Positions 49,100-59,387 of a stretch of DNA of 64,000 bases are shown here, one piece after another. Source of the DNA: a bacterium (GTDB lineage: Bacteria > UBA8248). Location of the stretch: the NCBI GenBank assembly GCA_965219955.1, contig OZ244799.1:1920001-1984000 (forward strand), written 5' to 3'. Made by a program: the position numbers and the translations under genes. The number at the start of each line of letters is the position of its first letter. Position 1 is the first letter of the stretch. Below the pieces are notes generated by a model. The model made no database searches. It was not told where the DNA came from and saw nothing but the letters and a program-made list of their open reading frames with translations.

Positions 49100-49430
49100 T
49101 GTCGAGTCTCCTGCGGCGCGGCGCGGACTTCGGGCTTCTGGCGCTTTCGAGCGTCTTGCCCTCCTCATCCCTGTCGGGATCAGCCACCTCGCTCATGCCC
49201 TCAAGCAGGCCGAGCGCCCACAGCGCCCCGGCATAGGCGGCCATCGACGCGCCCGGCTTGCCCTTCTCGACGTCCGCGACCGTGAAGCGCGAAGCGCCGA
49301 TGCTATTCGCCACGTCTTCGATGCGCAGCCTCCGGCGCAGGCGCGCCGTGCGGATGTTCCGGCCCAGACGCCGAATGGCCTCCTCGACGGCGGCCGGCTG
49401 TGTCCGTGTAATCCTGCTTTTCTTCGACAT
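49089..49430 (-). CDS. XRE/HipB-like HTH antitoxin
   Basis: LGRNIRTARLRRRL...IGASRFTVADVEKGKPG...ALWALGL...DPDRDEEG. Confidence 0.8.
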   Translation of the reverse strand: MSKKSRITRTQPAAVEEAIRRLGRNIRTARLRRRLRIEDVANSIGASRFTVADVEKGKPGASMAAYAGALWALGLLEGMSEVADPDRDEEGKTLESARSPKSAPRRRRLDNDF

Positions 49431-49655
49431 GTTGTAAATATCCATCACATAAGAGTTATATGTTGATTATAACCATCATAAAAGATACGAGAATTGCGTT
49501 TCCCCCGTCAAGCGAATAGGGATTATGCGTTTCTTAGCGACATTATATGGAATTTATAAACCGGCTAAATTCAGTATAAACGAGCTAGTTTTATCCTTGA
49601 TTTAACTCAAAAAGTAATGCATTATTCTATAAAGTAAGGAACAGGAGGGTTCCCC

Positions 49656-49889
49656 ATGGTCGAATCCACAATTACCTCGAAAGGCCAGACGACGCTGCCA
49701 AAGCCGGTACGCGATGCCCTCGGCGTAGGGCCGGGCGACCGCGTGCGCTATATCATCATTGACGATGAGGTGCGCATCATCCCGATGCGGCCCATCGCCC
49801 GGCTGTTCGGCATGCTCAAATACGAAGGTCCCCCGAAAACGCTCGAAGATATGGAGCGCGCTATCGCCGAGGGGGCGAGTGAGGAGTGA
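49656..49889 (+). CDS. AbrB/MazE-family antitoxin (VapB-like)
   Basis: STITSKGQTTLPKPVRDALG; GGAGG SD; GTGA overlap with PIN toxin. Confidence 0.88.
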   Translation: MVESTITSKGQTTLPKPVRDALGVGPGDRVRYIIIDDEVRIIPMRPIARLFGMLKYEGPPKTLEDMERAIAEGASEE

Positions 49890-50293
49890 TCGCGCTCGAC
49901 ACGAACGTCCTCGTCCGATATCTGGTCGAGGATGATGCGGCCCAGACCGAAGCGGCCCGAGGTCTGATGGCGGGGCTGACTGCCGAGCGGCCCGGCTTTA
50001 TTTGCCGCGAGGTGACTGTCGAACTCGTCTGGGTGCTCGAGCGAACCTATCGGTTATCCCGTGAACGAATCGCAGAAGTGTTGGATGAACTCATCGCCAG
50101 CGTGGAACTCGAAATCGAATCGGCGGACGACGTGGCCCGCGCCGCTTTCCATTACCGAAGCGGCGGGGCCGGTTTTTCCGACCTCATGATCGCAGCCGCC
50201 GCGAACCGAAGCGGCGCGCATCCTCTCTATACCTTCGACAGACGAGCAGCGCAGATAGAGGGGGTGGAGTTGGTGGGGGAGTATTCCGGCTGA
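49886..50293 (+). CDS. vapC: VapC PIN-domain toxin
   Basis: IALDTNVLVRYL, ELVWVL, FSDLMI, YTFDR. Confidence 0.9.
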   Translation: MIALDTNVLVRYLVEDDAAQTEAARGLMAGLTAERPGFICREVTVELVWVLERTYRLSRERIAEVLDELIASVELEIESADDVARAAFHYRSGGAGFSDLMIAAAANRSGAHPLYTFDRRAAQIEGVELVGEYSG

Positions 50294-50652
50294 GGAAGAA
50301 CTGGGTCGCGCTCTACGCGAATACGGCGAGAAAGGGCCATGCGCGGGTGATGGGGTGTTGAGGGGGGAAAATGAGAGCCGTCGTGATTTATGGCGATCGA
50401 GTTAAGACAGGGACAAGCGCATCAGCCACCCTCGCCTCCTTGCAATAAGCAGGAAATTATTAAAGACTAAAAGCAAACACGAGGATTCTTAAAGACCCGA
50501 ATCCACGGTTACATCATTGGGGCAAACGATTTTGCCCAAGCCCGTTGGGTAGGCGCTCGGCTTGCGTCCAAATATCGCGTCACCTACCTCTCCTTGGGAG
50601 ATGAGGTGCGAAATACGCCGGTGCGGCCCATTGTCGATGCGACATTTGAGGA

Positions 50653-51579
50653 ATGAAGATGGGCATTAAATTCGTGCTCGCCCTCACGGATAAAGACTGG
50701 TTTGAGACACTTCGGCGGCATCCTAGTCTGGATGAGGTCAATTTTTGGGCCCCCTCACCAACGAATTTCCGCGCGCTCCAACCAGGTGAACTATTCTTGT
50801 TCAAATTGCATTCACCTCACAATGTGATCGTAGGCGGTGGCGTCTTCGCCTATGCAAACTCACTACCATGTTCTCTGGCCTGGGAGGCTTTCGGTGAGAC
50901 CAATGGTGCACGATCTGCACGGGAAATGCGCACCCGAATTGCCAGGTATCGAAGGCAAGAGCCAAACGATCCGAGCGATTTTGAAATCGGTTGTCGAATC
51001 CTAACCCAGCCTTTCTTTTTCGACGAAGCGGATTGGATTCCTCAGCCAGCAAGTTGGAGTCCGAATATCGTCTCCCTCAAAACCTACAACACAGATAACG
51101 TCGAGGGTCTGCAGCTTTGGGAGGATGTAAATGACCGTCTGAGCAGACAACCTGGAAATGAATTGGCAGAAGAACTCGAGCGATATGGGAAGCCACAACG
51201 CATTCGGCCCCGACTTGGGCAAGGCGCTTTTCGCGTACTTGTGACTGACATTTACGGAAGGCGGTGTGCAGTTACACAAGAGCGGACTTTGCCTGCTCTG
51301 GAAGCAGCTCATATCCGTCCCTATGGTTGCGGTGGTACGCATGATGCACAAAATGGGCTCCTCTTGCGACGTGATATTCACAGCCTATTCGATTCCGGCT
51401 ATGTCACCGTAACACCCGATCTCAACTTCGAAGTCAGCCGACGTATTCGTGAAGAGTATGAAAATGGCAGACACTACTACGCCCTACATGGAAAGCGAAT
51501 TAACGCGCCCGACTTGCTCGACGAACGCCCTGACCATGCTGCTTTGACCTGGCACAACGAACATTGTTTCAAAGGATAA
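50653..51579 (+). CDS. HNH endonuclease with N-terminal EVE/PUA-like domain
   Basis: TDKDWF...EVNFWAP...ELFLFK...IVGGGVF; RLGQGAFR...CAVT...LEAAHI...NGLLLRRDIHSLFD. Confidence 0.85.
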   Translation: MKMGIKFVLALTDKDWFETLRRHPSLDEVNFWAPSPTNFRALQPGELFLFKLHSPHNVIVGGGVFAYANSLPCSLAWEAFGETNGARSAREMRTRIARYRRQEPNDPSDFEIGCRILTQPFFFDEADWIPQPASWSPNIVSLKTYNTDNVEGLQLWEDVNDRLSRQPGNELAEELERYGKPQRIRPRLGQGAFRVLVTDIYGRRCAVTQERTLPALEAAHIRPYGCGGTHDAQNGLLLRRDIHSLFDSGYVTVTPDLNFEVSRRIREEYENGRHYYALHGKRINAPDLLDERPDHAALTWHNEHCFKG

Positions 51580-51582
51580 ACG

Positions 51583-52518
51583 GTGGCCTTGATTCCTGAT
51601 AACGACCAAGATACGCAGATGAGAATGGCCGCTTTCGATCGCGTTCGGGAATTACAGGAAATACATGATCACCTGACTGCAAATGAGTTAAGTCCGGGTT
51701 TTACTTTCGAGGGCAAACGCTTCCCGCTCGTCAATCCGCAACGCGGCATTTTCAAACCCCGACAAATGCGATTCTTGCTTTCGATCAGGACTGTATTTCC
51801 GGCGCCGGGCGGAAGAATCTGGTATGACGATCAGCGCGAAGTTCACCGCCAGATATATGAGGGCGACGAAACGGTTGATTACGCGTTCATGGGGGAAAAC
51901 CCGGAAGCTGCCGACAATCGTTGGCTGCGCGAGGCATTCGAGAACAAAGTGCCGGTGATCTATTTCCTCGGCGTTGCCCCGAGGAGGTACCAGGCCATCC
52001 TCCCGGTTTTCATCACAGGATGGGACGCCGGAGCATTGAAGGCGCAAGTTGCGTTTGGAGCGCCGGGCCAAGAGATACTCGCACCGCCGAATAATGTCGT
52101 GGAGCGTCGTTATGCTCTGCGTTCGGTGAAACATCGGCTGCATCAAACATCGTTTCGAGAGGCCGTCATCACTGCCTATAACGGCCGTTGCGCGCTGTCG
52201 GGAATACCCGAACCACGTCTGTTGGATGCAGCGCACATTATTTCAGATAGGGATGAACGGCTCGGCCAACCGGTAATCCCCAACGGCATCCCGTTGTCGA
52301 AAACCCATCATGCCGCCTTCGATAAACATCTGATCGGGATCGACCCGGACTACCGTGTGCATGTCTCCGACCAACTGCTTGGCAAGCATGATGGCCCCAT
52401 GCTCGAAGCGCTGAAGCAACTCGATGGTGGATCCATTCATCTCCCTAGACGCGTTAAGGACCAACCGGATCAAGACCGGCTTGCGCTGCGTTTCGAGCGC
52501 TTCAAGGCAACGGCGTAA
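51583..52518 (+). CDS. HNH endonuclease with N-terminal SRA-like domain
   Basis: RGIFKP...LSIRT...YDD...DNRWLREA...VIYFLG; RLHQTSFR...CALSG...LDAAHI...NGIPLSKTHHAAFD. Confidence 0.85.
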   Translation: MALIPDNDQDTQMRMAAFDRVRELQEIHDHLTANELSPGFTFEGKRFPLVNPQRGIFKPRQMRFLLSIRTVFPAPGGRIWYDDQREVHRQIYEGDETVDYAFMGENPEAADNRWLREAFENKVPVIYFLGVAPRRYQAILPVFITGWDAGALKAQVAFGAPGQEILAPPNNVVERRYALRSVKHRLHQTSFREAVITAYNGRCALSGIPEPRLLDAAHIISDRDERLGQPVIPNGIPLSKTHHAAFDKHLIGIDPDYRVHVSDQLLGKHDGPMLEALKQLDGGSIHLPRRVKDQPDQDRLALRFERFKATA

Positions 52519-52674
52519 GACATTCTATTACGTGATACTTCAGAATCGATTATCTCGGGACACAAACGATATGCTTTGGTAGGAACGCGTCTCATATGTT
52601 CAGAACGTAAACTTCCTTGATAAATTTAAGTGATATAGTTTCTGAGATGAGAACGTTTATTTCCATTCTCAACC

Positions 52675-53304
52675 CTACCTCCTCATCTCCCGCGTCTCAA
52701 TCTCCCCGCCCTCTTCCCTCTCACCACCCGTCATGCCCTGGAGCTTCTCCTTCACCGCGCCGACGCCCTCTTTGGCCGAGTCGAGTTTGTCGCCGAGTTT
52801 CTCTTTGGCGGCGTTCATGCCTTCCTCGATATCCGCCTTGTCGAACGCCTGGATGTAGGCGCTCACCTCCCGCACATACGGGAGGAGCCTGTCCCCGCCG
52901 CCTGTGGGCAAAAAGCCGGACGCATGGGGTTCGAAAGCCGCCAGCCCCAGGGCGATGAAGAAAACGCCCTTGGCGCACCCGATGAGGCCGCCGCCGAGCC
53001 TGGAGAACAACCCGGGCGTGGCGATCGACAAGACGCCGAACATCATACGGAAGAACCAGGCGGCGAGCACCCATACGCTAAAGAAGAGAAGCGGCTTGAC
53101 GAACGAATCGAGCCGGCCCGCCTCGCCCAGGAGGTAGGCGAGGTAGGAACGCGTAAGGTCGGTGAACTGCATGGTGACGAGAACCGCGATTCCCAGCGCG
53201 ACCACGGAGAATGTTTCGCGGAAAAAACCACGCACGCAGCCGCGGATGAGGAACGCGCCGACGAATACGGCGATGACGATGTCGGGAAACGTGAAGGAAA
53301 TCAT
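52675..53304 (-). CDS. cvpA: CvpA (colicin V production) family membrane protein
   Basis: DIVI...RGCVRGFFRE...SRLGGGLIGCAKG. Confidence 0.8.
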   Translation of the reverse strand: MISFTFPDIVIAVFVGAFLIRGCVRGFFRETFSVVALGIAVLVTMQFTDLTRSYLAYLLGEAGRLDSFVKPLLFFSVWVLAAWFFRMMFGVLSIATPGLFSRLGGGLIGCAKGVFFIALGLAAFEPHASGFLPTGGGDRLLPYVREVSAYIQAFDKADIEEGMNAAKEKLGDKLDSAKEGVGAVKEKLQGMTGGEREEGGEIETREMRR

Positions 53305-53409
53305 ATAAATTTTGAGTCTCTACGGACGGAAACTGTACGGCCTCGTGATAGAGCGGGCTTAATCTAGAAAAATAACAATGCGTTTGTCACTTCAAATTCA
53401 AGCGCCTGC

Positions 53410-53883
53410 TCAAATTTTTTCCTTCCACATCACCAGGGCGTCTTCGCGGTTGTCGGGGTAATAGCGCGGGCGCATGGCCGCCGCCGTGAACCCCCACTTC
53501 TCATACAAGGCGATGGCGGCGGCGTTGCCGAGGCGCACCTCCAGGGTGGCGCGGAGGAGGCCCCTGCCCTTCGCATCTTCGAGAACCCTCCCCAGTAGAA
53601 CATCCGCCACCCCCTTGCGCCTGTGGGCGGGCGCGACGGCGAAATTCGTGATGTGGCACTCATCCACCACCTCCCACCAGCAGGCGTAGCCCATGACGCC
53701 GGCGCCCGAAGTTTCGGGTATACCGGGGGCATCTTCATCCTCCGTCACGACCAGGAGACGGGAATTGTCGATCTCGCGAATCTCGCGGAGAAAACTCTCC
53801 CTGGACCACGGAAGCGGAAAGGAGAGGCGTTCGATGGCGTGCACCTGCTCTACGTCTTCGACTCTCATGGGCCTGGTATTCAC
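53410..53883 (-). CDS. rimI: Ribosomal protein S18 alanine N-acetyltransferase
   Basis: IERLSFPLPWS, HITNFAV, TLEVR.GN.AAIALY, RPRYYPDNREDALVM. Confidence 0.92.
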   Translation of the reverse strand: MNTRPMRVEDVEQVHAIERLSFPLPWSRESFLREIREIDNSRLLVVTEDEDAPGIPETSGAGVMGYACWWEVVDECHITNFAVAPAHRRKGVADVLLGRVLEDAKGRGLLRATLEVRLGNAAAIALYEKWGFTAAAMRPRYYPDNREDALVMWKEKI

Positions 53884-54072
53884 GGCTTTTCATCCTCTCA
53901 CGCAGCCGGAAACGGCGAATGAAGCGAATTCCCCTGAAACTCTTTCGCCCCGAAGTTTTCGGGACTATAATGCGCCGACCGAACTTCAGAACATTTGAAC
54001 ACAAACCGACGCCGCAAACGTAGCGCGTTCGCGGTCGAGCGAAAACCCAAGAAACCGATACGGAGGATCATC

Positions 54073-54783
54073 ATGGGCGCAACTCTTACTTATCTGGGAC
54101 ATTCCACTTTCGTCGGTCAGTCAGGCGGGGGCAAGACCTTCTACATCGATCCCTGGCTCGAAGGGAACCCGCGCTGCCCCGAAGGCCACACCAGCCCGCA
54201 GAAAGCGGACCTGATCGCCCTCACCCACGGCCATTTCGATCACATCGCCGCCGTCATGGACGTCTACGGCCAGGGCGGATGCCCCGTCGCGGGCCCCTAC
54301 GAACTGGTGAACCTCATCGCCCAGAACGAGGGCTTTGCGGAAGAGCACGCGGGCGCGATGGGCAAGGGCGGCACGGTGGATTTCGGCGGCATCGGCGTCA
54401 CCCTCACCCACGCCATGCACAGCTCCAGCTACAACGATCCGGGCGTCTACGCAGGCGAGCCCGCCGGCCTCGTCATGACCTTCGAGGACGGAAAGCGCGT
54501 CTACCACGCGGGGGATACCGCCGTTTTCGGCGACATGAAGATCATCGGCGAGTTGTATCAGCCCGATCTCTGCCTCCTGCCCATCGGCAGCCGGTTCACG
54601 ATGGACCCGCGCGAGGCGGCCCTCGCCGTCGAGCTTCTGGGCGCGAGCCGGGTCGTGCCCATCCACCACTCGACCTTCCCGCCGCTCACGGGCACGCCCG
54701 AGCAGTTCGCGGAAGAAGTCGCGGCGCGGGGTCTCTCGCCCGAGATCACCGTGATGGAGCCGGGCGATTCCATCAGCGTGTAA
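54073..54783 (+). CDS. Metal-dependent hydrolase, MBL fold (UPF0173-like)
   Basis: YLGHST, IDPWL, THGHFDH, AMHSS, YHAGDT, LPIGSRFTM, PIH. Confidence 0.9.
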   Translation: MGATLTYLGHSTFVGQSGGGKTFYIDPWLEGNPRCPEGHTSPQKADLIALTHGHFDHIAAVMDVYGQGGCPVAGPYELVNLIAQNEGFAEEHAGAMGKGGTVDFGGIGVTLTHAMHSSSYNDPGVYAGEPAGLVMTFEDGKRVYHAGDTAVFGDMKIIGELYQPDLCLLPIGSRFTMDPREAALAVELLGASRVVPIHHSTFPPLTGTPEQFAEEVAARGLSPEITVMEPGDSISV

Positions 54784-54814
54784 ACGCAGGGGAATGATAT
54801 ATAACCCGACAGCG

Positions 54815-55065
54815 GGTTCCGGGTTCGGGGTTGGAAAGCCCGACCCTTGAGGGTTTTGCCATCCAAGGAGGAGGAGAAATCGACTCCCCCCTTGAGGGGG
54901 AGTCGAAGAAGCCTTTGTCATAGGAGCAACCCCCCCTACCCCCCCTTGTCAGGGGGGTAAAAAAAGGCGACACCAACCGCCGGTTGAGGGGCTTTTGTTT
55001 TTTCTTGCCCCCCTGTTAAGGGGGGGTAGGGGGGGTTGCCTTTATCCCCTGACAAGGGGGACTTT
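54815..55065. repeat. Cluster of C-run/G-run palindromic intergenic repeats
   Basis: ctccccccttgagggggag (54883), cccccttgtcagggggg (54941), ccccctgttaaggggggg, cccctgacaagggg. Confidence 0.75.
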
Positions 55066-55206
55066 TTCATTGACCTTCAAAGAGGAATAGCAAAACCCGG
55101 GCGGAAAGAAGTAGCCCCCAACTGAAGCATATAACTCTCAAACGCAGGCGCCGAAGAAACGGAAAAACAGGAATTCGTTATCAACGCCAAAAGAAAGGAA
55201 CCACGC

Positions 55207-56976
55207 ATGAGTGAGGCCCCCCAAGTCAACGCGAGAACGGAAGACCGCGACGGAATGCGGATCACCTGGCACCAGCCCATCGAGATGGACGACGGCCTCG
55301 TGCTCCGCGCCGACGTGTTCCGGCCCATCGAGGAAGGGAAATACCCCGTCATCCTGACCTACGGCATCTACGCCAAGGGGGTGGCCTACCAGGAGGGCTA
55401 TCACCACCAGTGGAACAAGATGGTGGCGGATTATCCCGAAATTCTCGAGATGTCCACCAACAAGTACCAGAACTGGGAGGTCACGGACCCCGAGTGCTGG
55501 ATTCCGCACGGCTACGTCTGCATCCGCGTGGACTCGCGCGGGGCGGGCTGGTCGCCCGGCTTCATGGCGCCCAACTCCCCTCGGGAGATCGACGACCTCT
55601 ACGAGTGCATCGAATGGGCGGGCGTACAGGAGTGGAGCAACGGGAAGGTGGGGATGCTGGGCATCTCCTATTACGCGCGCAACCAGTGGCGCATCGCGGG
55701 CAGAAAGCCCCCGCACCTGACCGCCATCATCCCCTGGGAGGGCGGGAACGACACGTACCGCGATTCGGGCTACCACGGGGGAATCCTAAGCCAGTTCCAG
55801 GAGCAGTGGTCGAAGGTGCAGGTGATGAACGTCCAGTACGGACGCGGCGAGAACGCGCGGAAACACCCCGTGACGGGAGAGTCCGTCGCGGGCCCCATCA
55901 CGCTGACCGAAGAGCAACTCGCCCAGAACCGCGTGAACGCCTTCGAGGAACTCAAGAAACACCCCTTCGACGGCCCGTGGCACCGGGACCGCTCAGGCGA
56001 CCTCTCGAAAGTCACCCTCCCGCTCCTCACCTGCGCCAACTGGGGCGGACAGGGCATCCACCCGCGCGGGAATTTCAACGGCTACATCGAATCGCCCTCG
56101 GAACAGAAATGGCTGGAAGCGCACGGCGATTCGCACTGGTCGCTGTTTTCGAGCGCGTACGGGCTGGACCTCCAGAAGCGCTTTTTCGACCATTTCCTGA
56201 AAGGGATCGACAACGGCTGGGAGAAGACCCCGCGCGTGGCCCTCAACGTCCGCCACCCGGGGCCGAAATTCGTCCACCGCTACGAGAACGAGTGGCCCCT
56301 GGCGCGCACGCAGTGGACGAAGTTCTATCTCGATCTCGAGAACAAGGCGCTCAGCACCGAACCCGTTGCCGGGGAGGCGAGCCTCGAATACGACGGCATG
56401 GGAGACGGCGTGACGTTCTGGATGCCGCCGATGGAGGAGGCAACCGAGATTACGGGGCCGATGGCGGCGAAGCTGTTCGTCTCCTCATCCACCGAGGATG
56501 CGGACCTCTTCCTCATCGTGCGCGTGTTCGACCCGGAGGGCAAGGAACTCACCTTCATGGGCTCCACCGACCCGCACACGCCGATTGCGAACGGCTGGCT
56601 GCGCGTCTCGCACCGCGCCCTGGACCCCGAGAAGAGCACCTTCTACCGGCCCTACCATCCCCACGACAAGGCGGAGAAGCTCACGCCGGGCGAGGCGTAC
56701 GAGTGCGACGTGGAGATCGTCACCTCCTGCATCGTCGTGCCCGCCGGCTGGCAGGTGGCGTTCACCGTGCGCGGAAAGGACTACGAGTACACGGGCGAGC
56801 TCAGCGAGTTCGGCAAGCAGTTCCACTACTCCACGAAAGGCACGGGCGGCATGACGCACAACGACCCCGACGACAGGCCGCCCGCGGTCTTCGACAACAA
56901 GGTGACTCTCCACGCCGGCGGCGGGCGCGACCCCTACCTGCTCCTGCCCATCATCCCGCCGAAAGAGGGGGAGTAG
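55207..56976 (+). CDS. CocE/NonD-family serine hydrolase
   Basis: MDDGLVLRADVFRP, VDSRGAG.SPG, WSNGKVGMLGISYYA nucleophile elbow, GIHPRGN. Confidence 0.9.
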   Translation: MSEAPQVNARTEDRDGMRITWHQPIEMDDGLVLRADVFRPIEEGKYPVILTYGIYAKGVAYQEGYHHQWNKMVADYPEILEMSTNKYQNWEVTDPECWIPHGYVCIRVDSRGAGWSPGFMAPNSPREIDDLYECIEWAGVQEWSNGKVGMLGISYYARNQWRIAGRKPPHLTAIIPWEGGNDTYRDSGYHGGILSQFQEQWSKVQVMNVQYGRGENARKHPVTGESVAGPITLTEEQLAQNRVNAFEELKKHPFDGPWHRDRSGDLSKVTLPLLTCANWGGQGIHPRGNFNGYIESPSEQKWLEAHGDSHWSLFSSAYGLDLQKRFFDHFLKGIDNGWEKTPRVALNVRHPGPKFVHRYENEWPLARTQWTKFYLDLENKALSTEPVAGEASLEYDGMGDGVTFWMPPMEEATEITGPMAAKLFVSSSTEDADLFLIVRVFDPEGKELTFMGSTDPHTPIANGWLRVSHRALDPEKSTFYRPYHPHDKAEKLTPGEAYECDVEIVTSCIVVPAGWQVAFTVRGKDYEYTGELSEFGKQFHYSTKGTGGMTHNDPDDRPPAVFDNKVTLHAGGGRDPYLLLPIIPPKEGE

Positions 56977-57029
56977 GCGAAATCCTGATTTCGTGATTTG
57001 GCGTATGGGGCCGACCGGGGAGGGGGGGT

Positions 57030-57590
57030 CCGTAAGGACAGGCACGGGGGCCTGTCCCTACATTCTCGTTTATCGACCGAGCAAAGGCATCGTCATTCCG
57101 GCGAAAGCCGGAATCCATTCTCAAGCAGTATGACTATGCTCCGGCTTTTTATCTCCTCGTCATTGGCGAGAACCAATCAGAAAATAAAAACCAAAGGCAA
57201 AAAATGGATTCCGGCTTTCGCCGGAATGACGAACCAGGGTGAGAGCCACATTTTTCCGTAGGGGTCGTTCGCGAACGACCCTTGCCGGAGGAACGGGCGC
57301 TTCACGAAGCGCCCCTACGGAACTTCTACCCCCCTTGTCAGGGTTGTTGAAAAAGCCTCGATGAACGAGGGATGGCGAATTATGGCCGCGCTCGCCGCGG
57401 ATGAAAATTTCAACCGTAGGGGCGGGCCTCTGTGCCCGCCCGTATCGGGAATGTCCATGCCCGTAAGAGACCTCGGACAGGCACGGAGGCCTGTCCCTAC
57501 GGCGAACAATCTCGAAGGTCGGATAGGGGTTTTTCAACAACCCCTTGTCAGGGGGACTTTTTCAACGGCCCCCTCCGGGAGGGGGAAACA
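57030..57590. repeat. Composite REP/MITE cluster
   Basis: GTAG-type REPs (ggacaggcacggnggcctgtccctac; gtaggggtcgttcgcgaacgaccc; gggcgcttcacgaagcgcccctac); 141-bp element 57091-57231; TIR-bounded element 57341-57543. Confidence 0.85.
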
Positions 57591-57596
57591 TCAACA

Positions 57597-58367
57597 TCAC
57601 CCCGCGGCGCCGCGGCCGCCGTCCACGACGATGTGCTGTCCGGTGAGATAATCCGAAGCCGAAGAGCACAGAAAAAGCGCCGCTCCCGTCAGATCCTCAG
57701 GAACCCCCGCGCGGCCTGCGGGCGTGCGCGCGTGGACTTCCGCCATTTTCTCTTGATTGGCGAACAGGCCTCCCGTCATCGGCGTCTTGGTGAGTTGCGG
57801 CCCCAGGGCGTTCACCTGGATGTCGTGCGGCGCCCATTCGAGCGCCAGCGCGCGCGTCAGGGAGACGACCGCGCCCTTGGTGGCGACGTAGACGGCCTGG
57901 TTGGGGACTGCGCGCTCGGCCACCATGGAGGTCAGGAGAACGATTTTCCCGCCGCCCTGATCGACCATGACTTTGGCGGCCTCCTGCGCGCAGAGAAACG
58001 CGCCGCGCACGTTCGAGGCCAGGAGCGCGTCCACGTCTTCGGGCGCGTGGTCGAGCGCGGGCTTCACGATGTTGATCGCCGCGCTGTTCACCATGACGTT
58101 CAGCCCGCCGTGGCTCGATATGACCTCTCCCACCATCGCGGAGACGGAGTCTGCGTCCCCGACGTCGCAGGCGAGAAACTGCGCATCGAGACCATCCGCC
58201 CGGAGGGCTTCAAGCGCCTCGTCTCCCCGCTCCTTCGAGCGGCCCGCGATGACGACCCTGGCGCCCGCATCCGCGAGCGCCTTCGCAATCGCCAGGCCGA
58301 TGCCCGAGGTGCCGCCCGTAACGAGGGCGACGCGGCCGTCCATCCTGAATTGTTTTATCATCGCCAC
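57597..58367 (-). CDS. SDR-family oxidoreductase (gluconate 5-dehydrogenase-like)
   Basis: TGGTSGIG, VNSAA, YVATKG, QVNALGP, YLTGQHIVVDGG. Confidence 0.9.
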   Translation of the reverse strand: MAMIKQFRMDGRVALVTGGTSGIGLAIAKALADAGARVVIAGRSKERGDEALEALRADGLDAQFLACDVGDADSVSAMVGEVISSHGGLNVMVNSAAINIVKPALDHAPEDVDALLASNVRGAFLCAQEAAKVMVDQGGGKIVLLTSMVAERAVPNQAVYVATKGAVVSLTRALALEWAPHDIQVNALGPQLTKTPMTGGLFANQEKMAEVHARTPAGRAGVPEDLTGAALFLCSSASDYLTGQHIVVDGGRGAAG

Positions 58368-58386
58368 ACCTCCGAAAGGCTGCTAC

Positions 58387-59196
58387 TCACAGGCGCGGCC
58401 TCAGATATTCGATCGTCTTGGTCGCCGCCGTCTCGAAGTCGGGCTTCTGGGCGAGTTGGGCCGAGAGAAAGCCCGCATAGCCCACCTCCTTGAGCGCGCC
58501 GATGATCTCATCGAAGGGAATGTGGCCCGAACCCGGGTAGGTGCGCATGTTGTCGGCGATGTGGAAATAATCGATCCTGTCGCCCGCCTCTCGTATCGCG
58601 CCCCCGAACGAGGCGTCCTCGATGTTCATGTGGAAGCTGTCGATCAGGAAACCCACCGCCTCGTGATTCATCTCGTCCAGAAAATCCAGGCCCTCTCTCG
58701 TGGAGCGCACGAAGTTCGTGTTGAAGCGGTGGTGCGGCTCGAAGAGCATTTTGATGCCGCGCTCCCCCGCCCTGTCGGCGCCCGCACGCAGTCCATCCCA
58801 CATCCACGCTTCGGACTCGGCCCTCCGCTCGTCTTCCAGAAAATTCCCCCGGAAGCGGCCGATGTTCACCGGACAGCCCAACTCGCCCCCGAAGTCGATG
58901 TGGCCGAAAAGGCGCTCGATGGCCTTCGCGCGAACGTCGGCGTCTGCGTGGCAGATTTCGATCTCGTCCTGATAGGAGATCGGCGCCGTACCGATGAGGG
59001 AGACTTCGAGACCGGTTTCCTCGATCGTGCGGCGCAGCTCATCCTTGTCGAAAGCGCCCGTGTCGCGCGTCGCGAGTTCCACGCCGTCGAAACCCAGATC
59101 CCTCAAAAACATGAGATTGTCCCGGAACGCGCCGCGCACCGCGGGCATGAGCGGCGTCGTCACGTCGGGCGTTGCAACCACATATCCGATTTTCAT
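58387..59196 (-). CDS. Sugar phosphate isomerase/epimerase (xylose isomerase-like TIM barrel)
   Basis: GFDGVEL, FEP..RF, DSFHMNIED, HIADN.R.YPGSGHI. Confidence 0.88.
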   Translation of the reverse strand: MKIGYVVATPDVTTPLMPAVRGAFRDNLMFLRDLGFDGVELATRDTGAFDKDELRRTIEETGLEVSLIGTAPISYQDEIEICHADADVRAKAIERLFGHIDFGGELGCPVNIGRFRGNFLEDERRAESEAWMWDGLRAGADRAGERGIKMLFEPHHRFNTNFVRSTREGLDFLDEMNHEAVGFLIDSFHMNIEDASFGGAIREAGDRIDYFHIADNMRTYPGSGHIPFDEIIGALKEVGYAGFLSAQLAQKPDFETAATKTIEYLRPRL

Positions 59197-59387
59197 CCTG
59201 CCCTGCTCCTTTCACGCAATCGTTTCACCAAATTTCAATACGCATACGGTTCTCGTTTTCCTGCGGGTGCGGCGACACTATAGCCGCAAGGGCGCCGGGG
59301 CGAAAGAGGAAGATGCGTTGCCCGAACGGCGGCGATTCTGTAGCTTTAACAGGTACCCGACACCACACAAAACCCGAAAGGAACGGC

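Noticed and set aside
49441-49475. dif/Xer-like site (cataa...tatgttga)
   Set aside because: Spacing does not fit the 11-6-11 dif layout; more likely the HTH antitoxin operator
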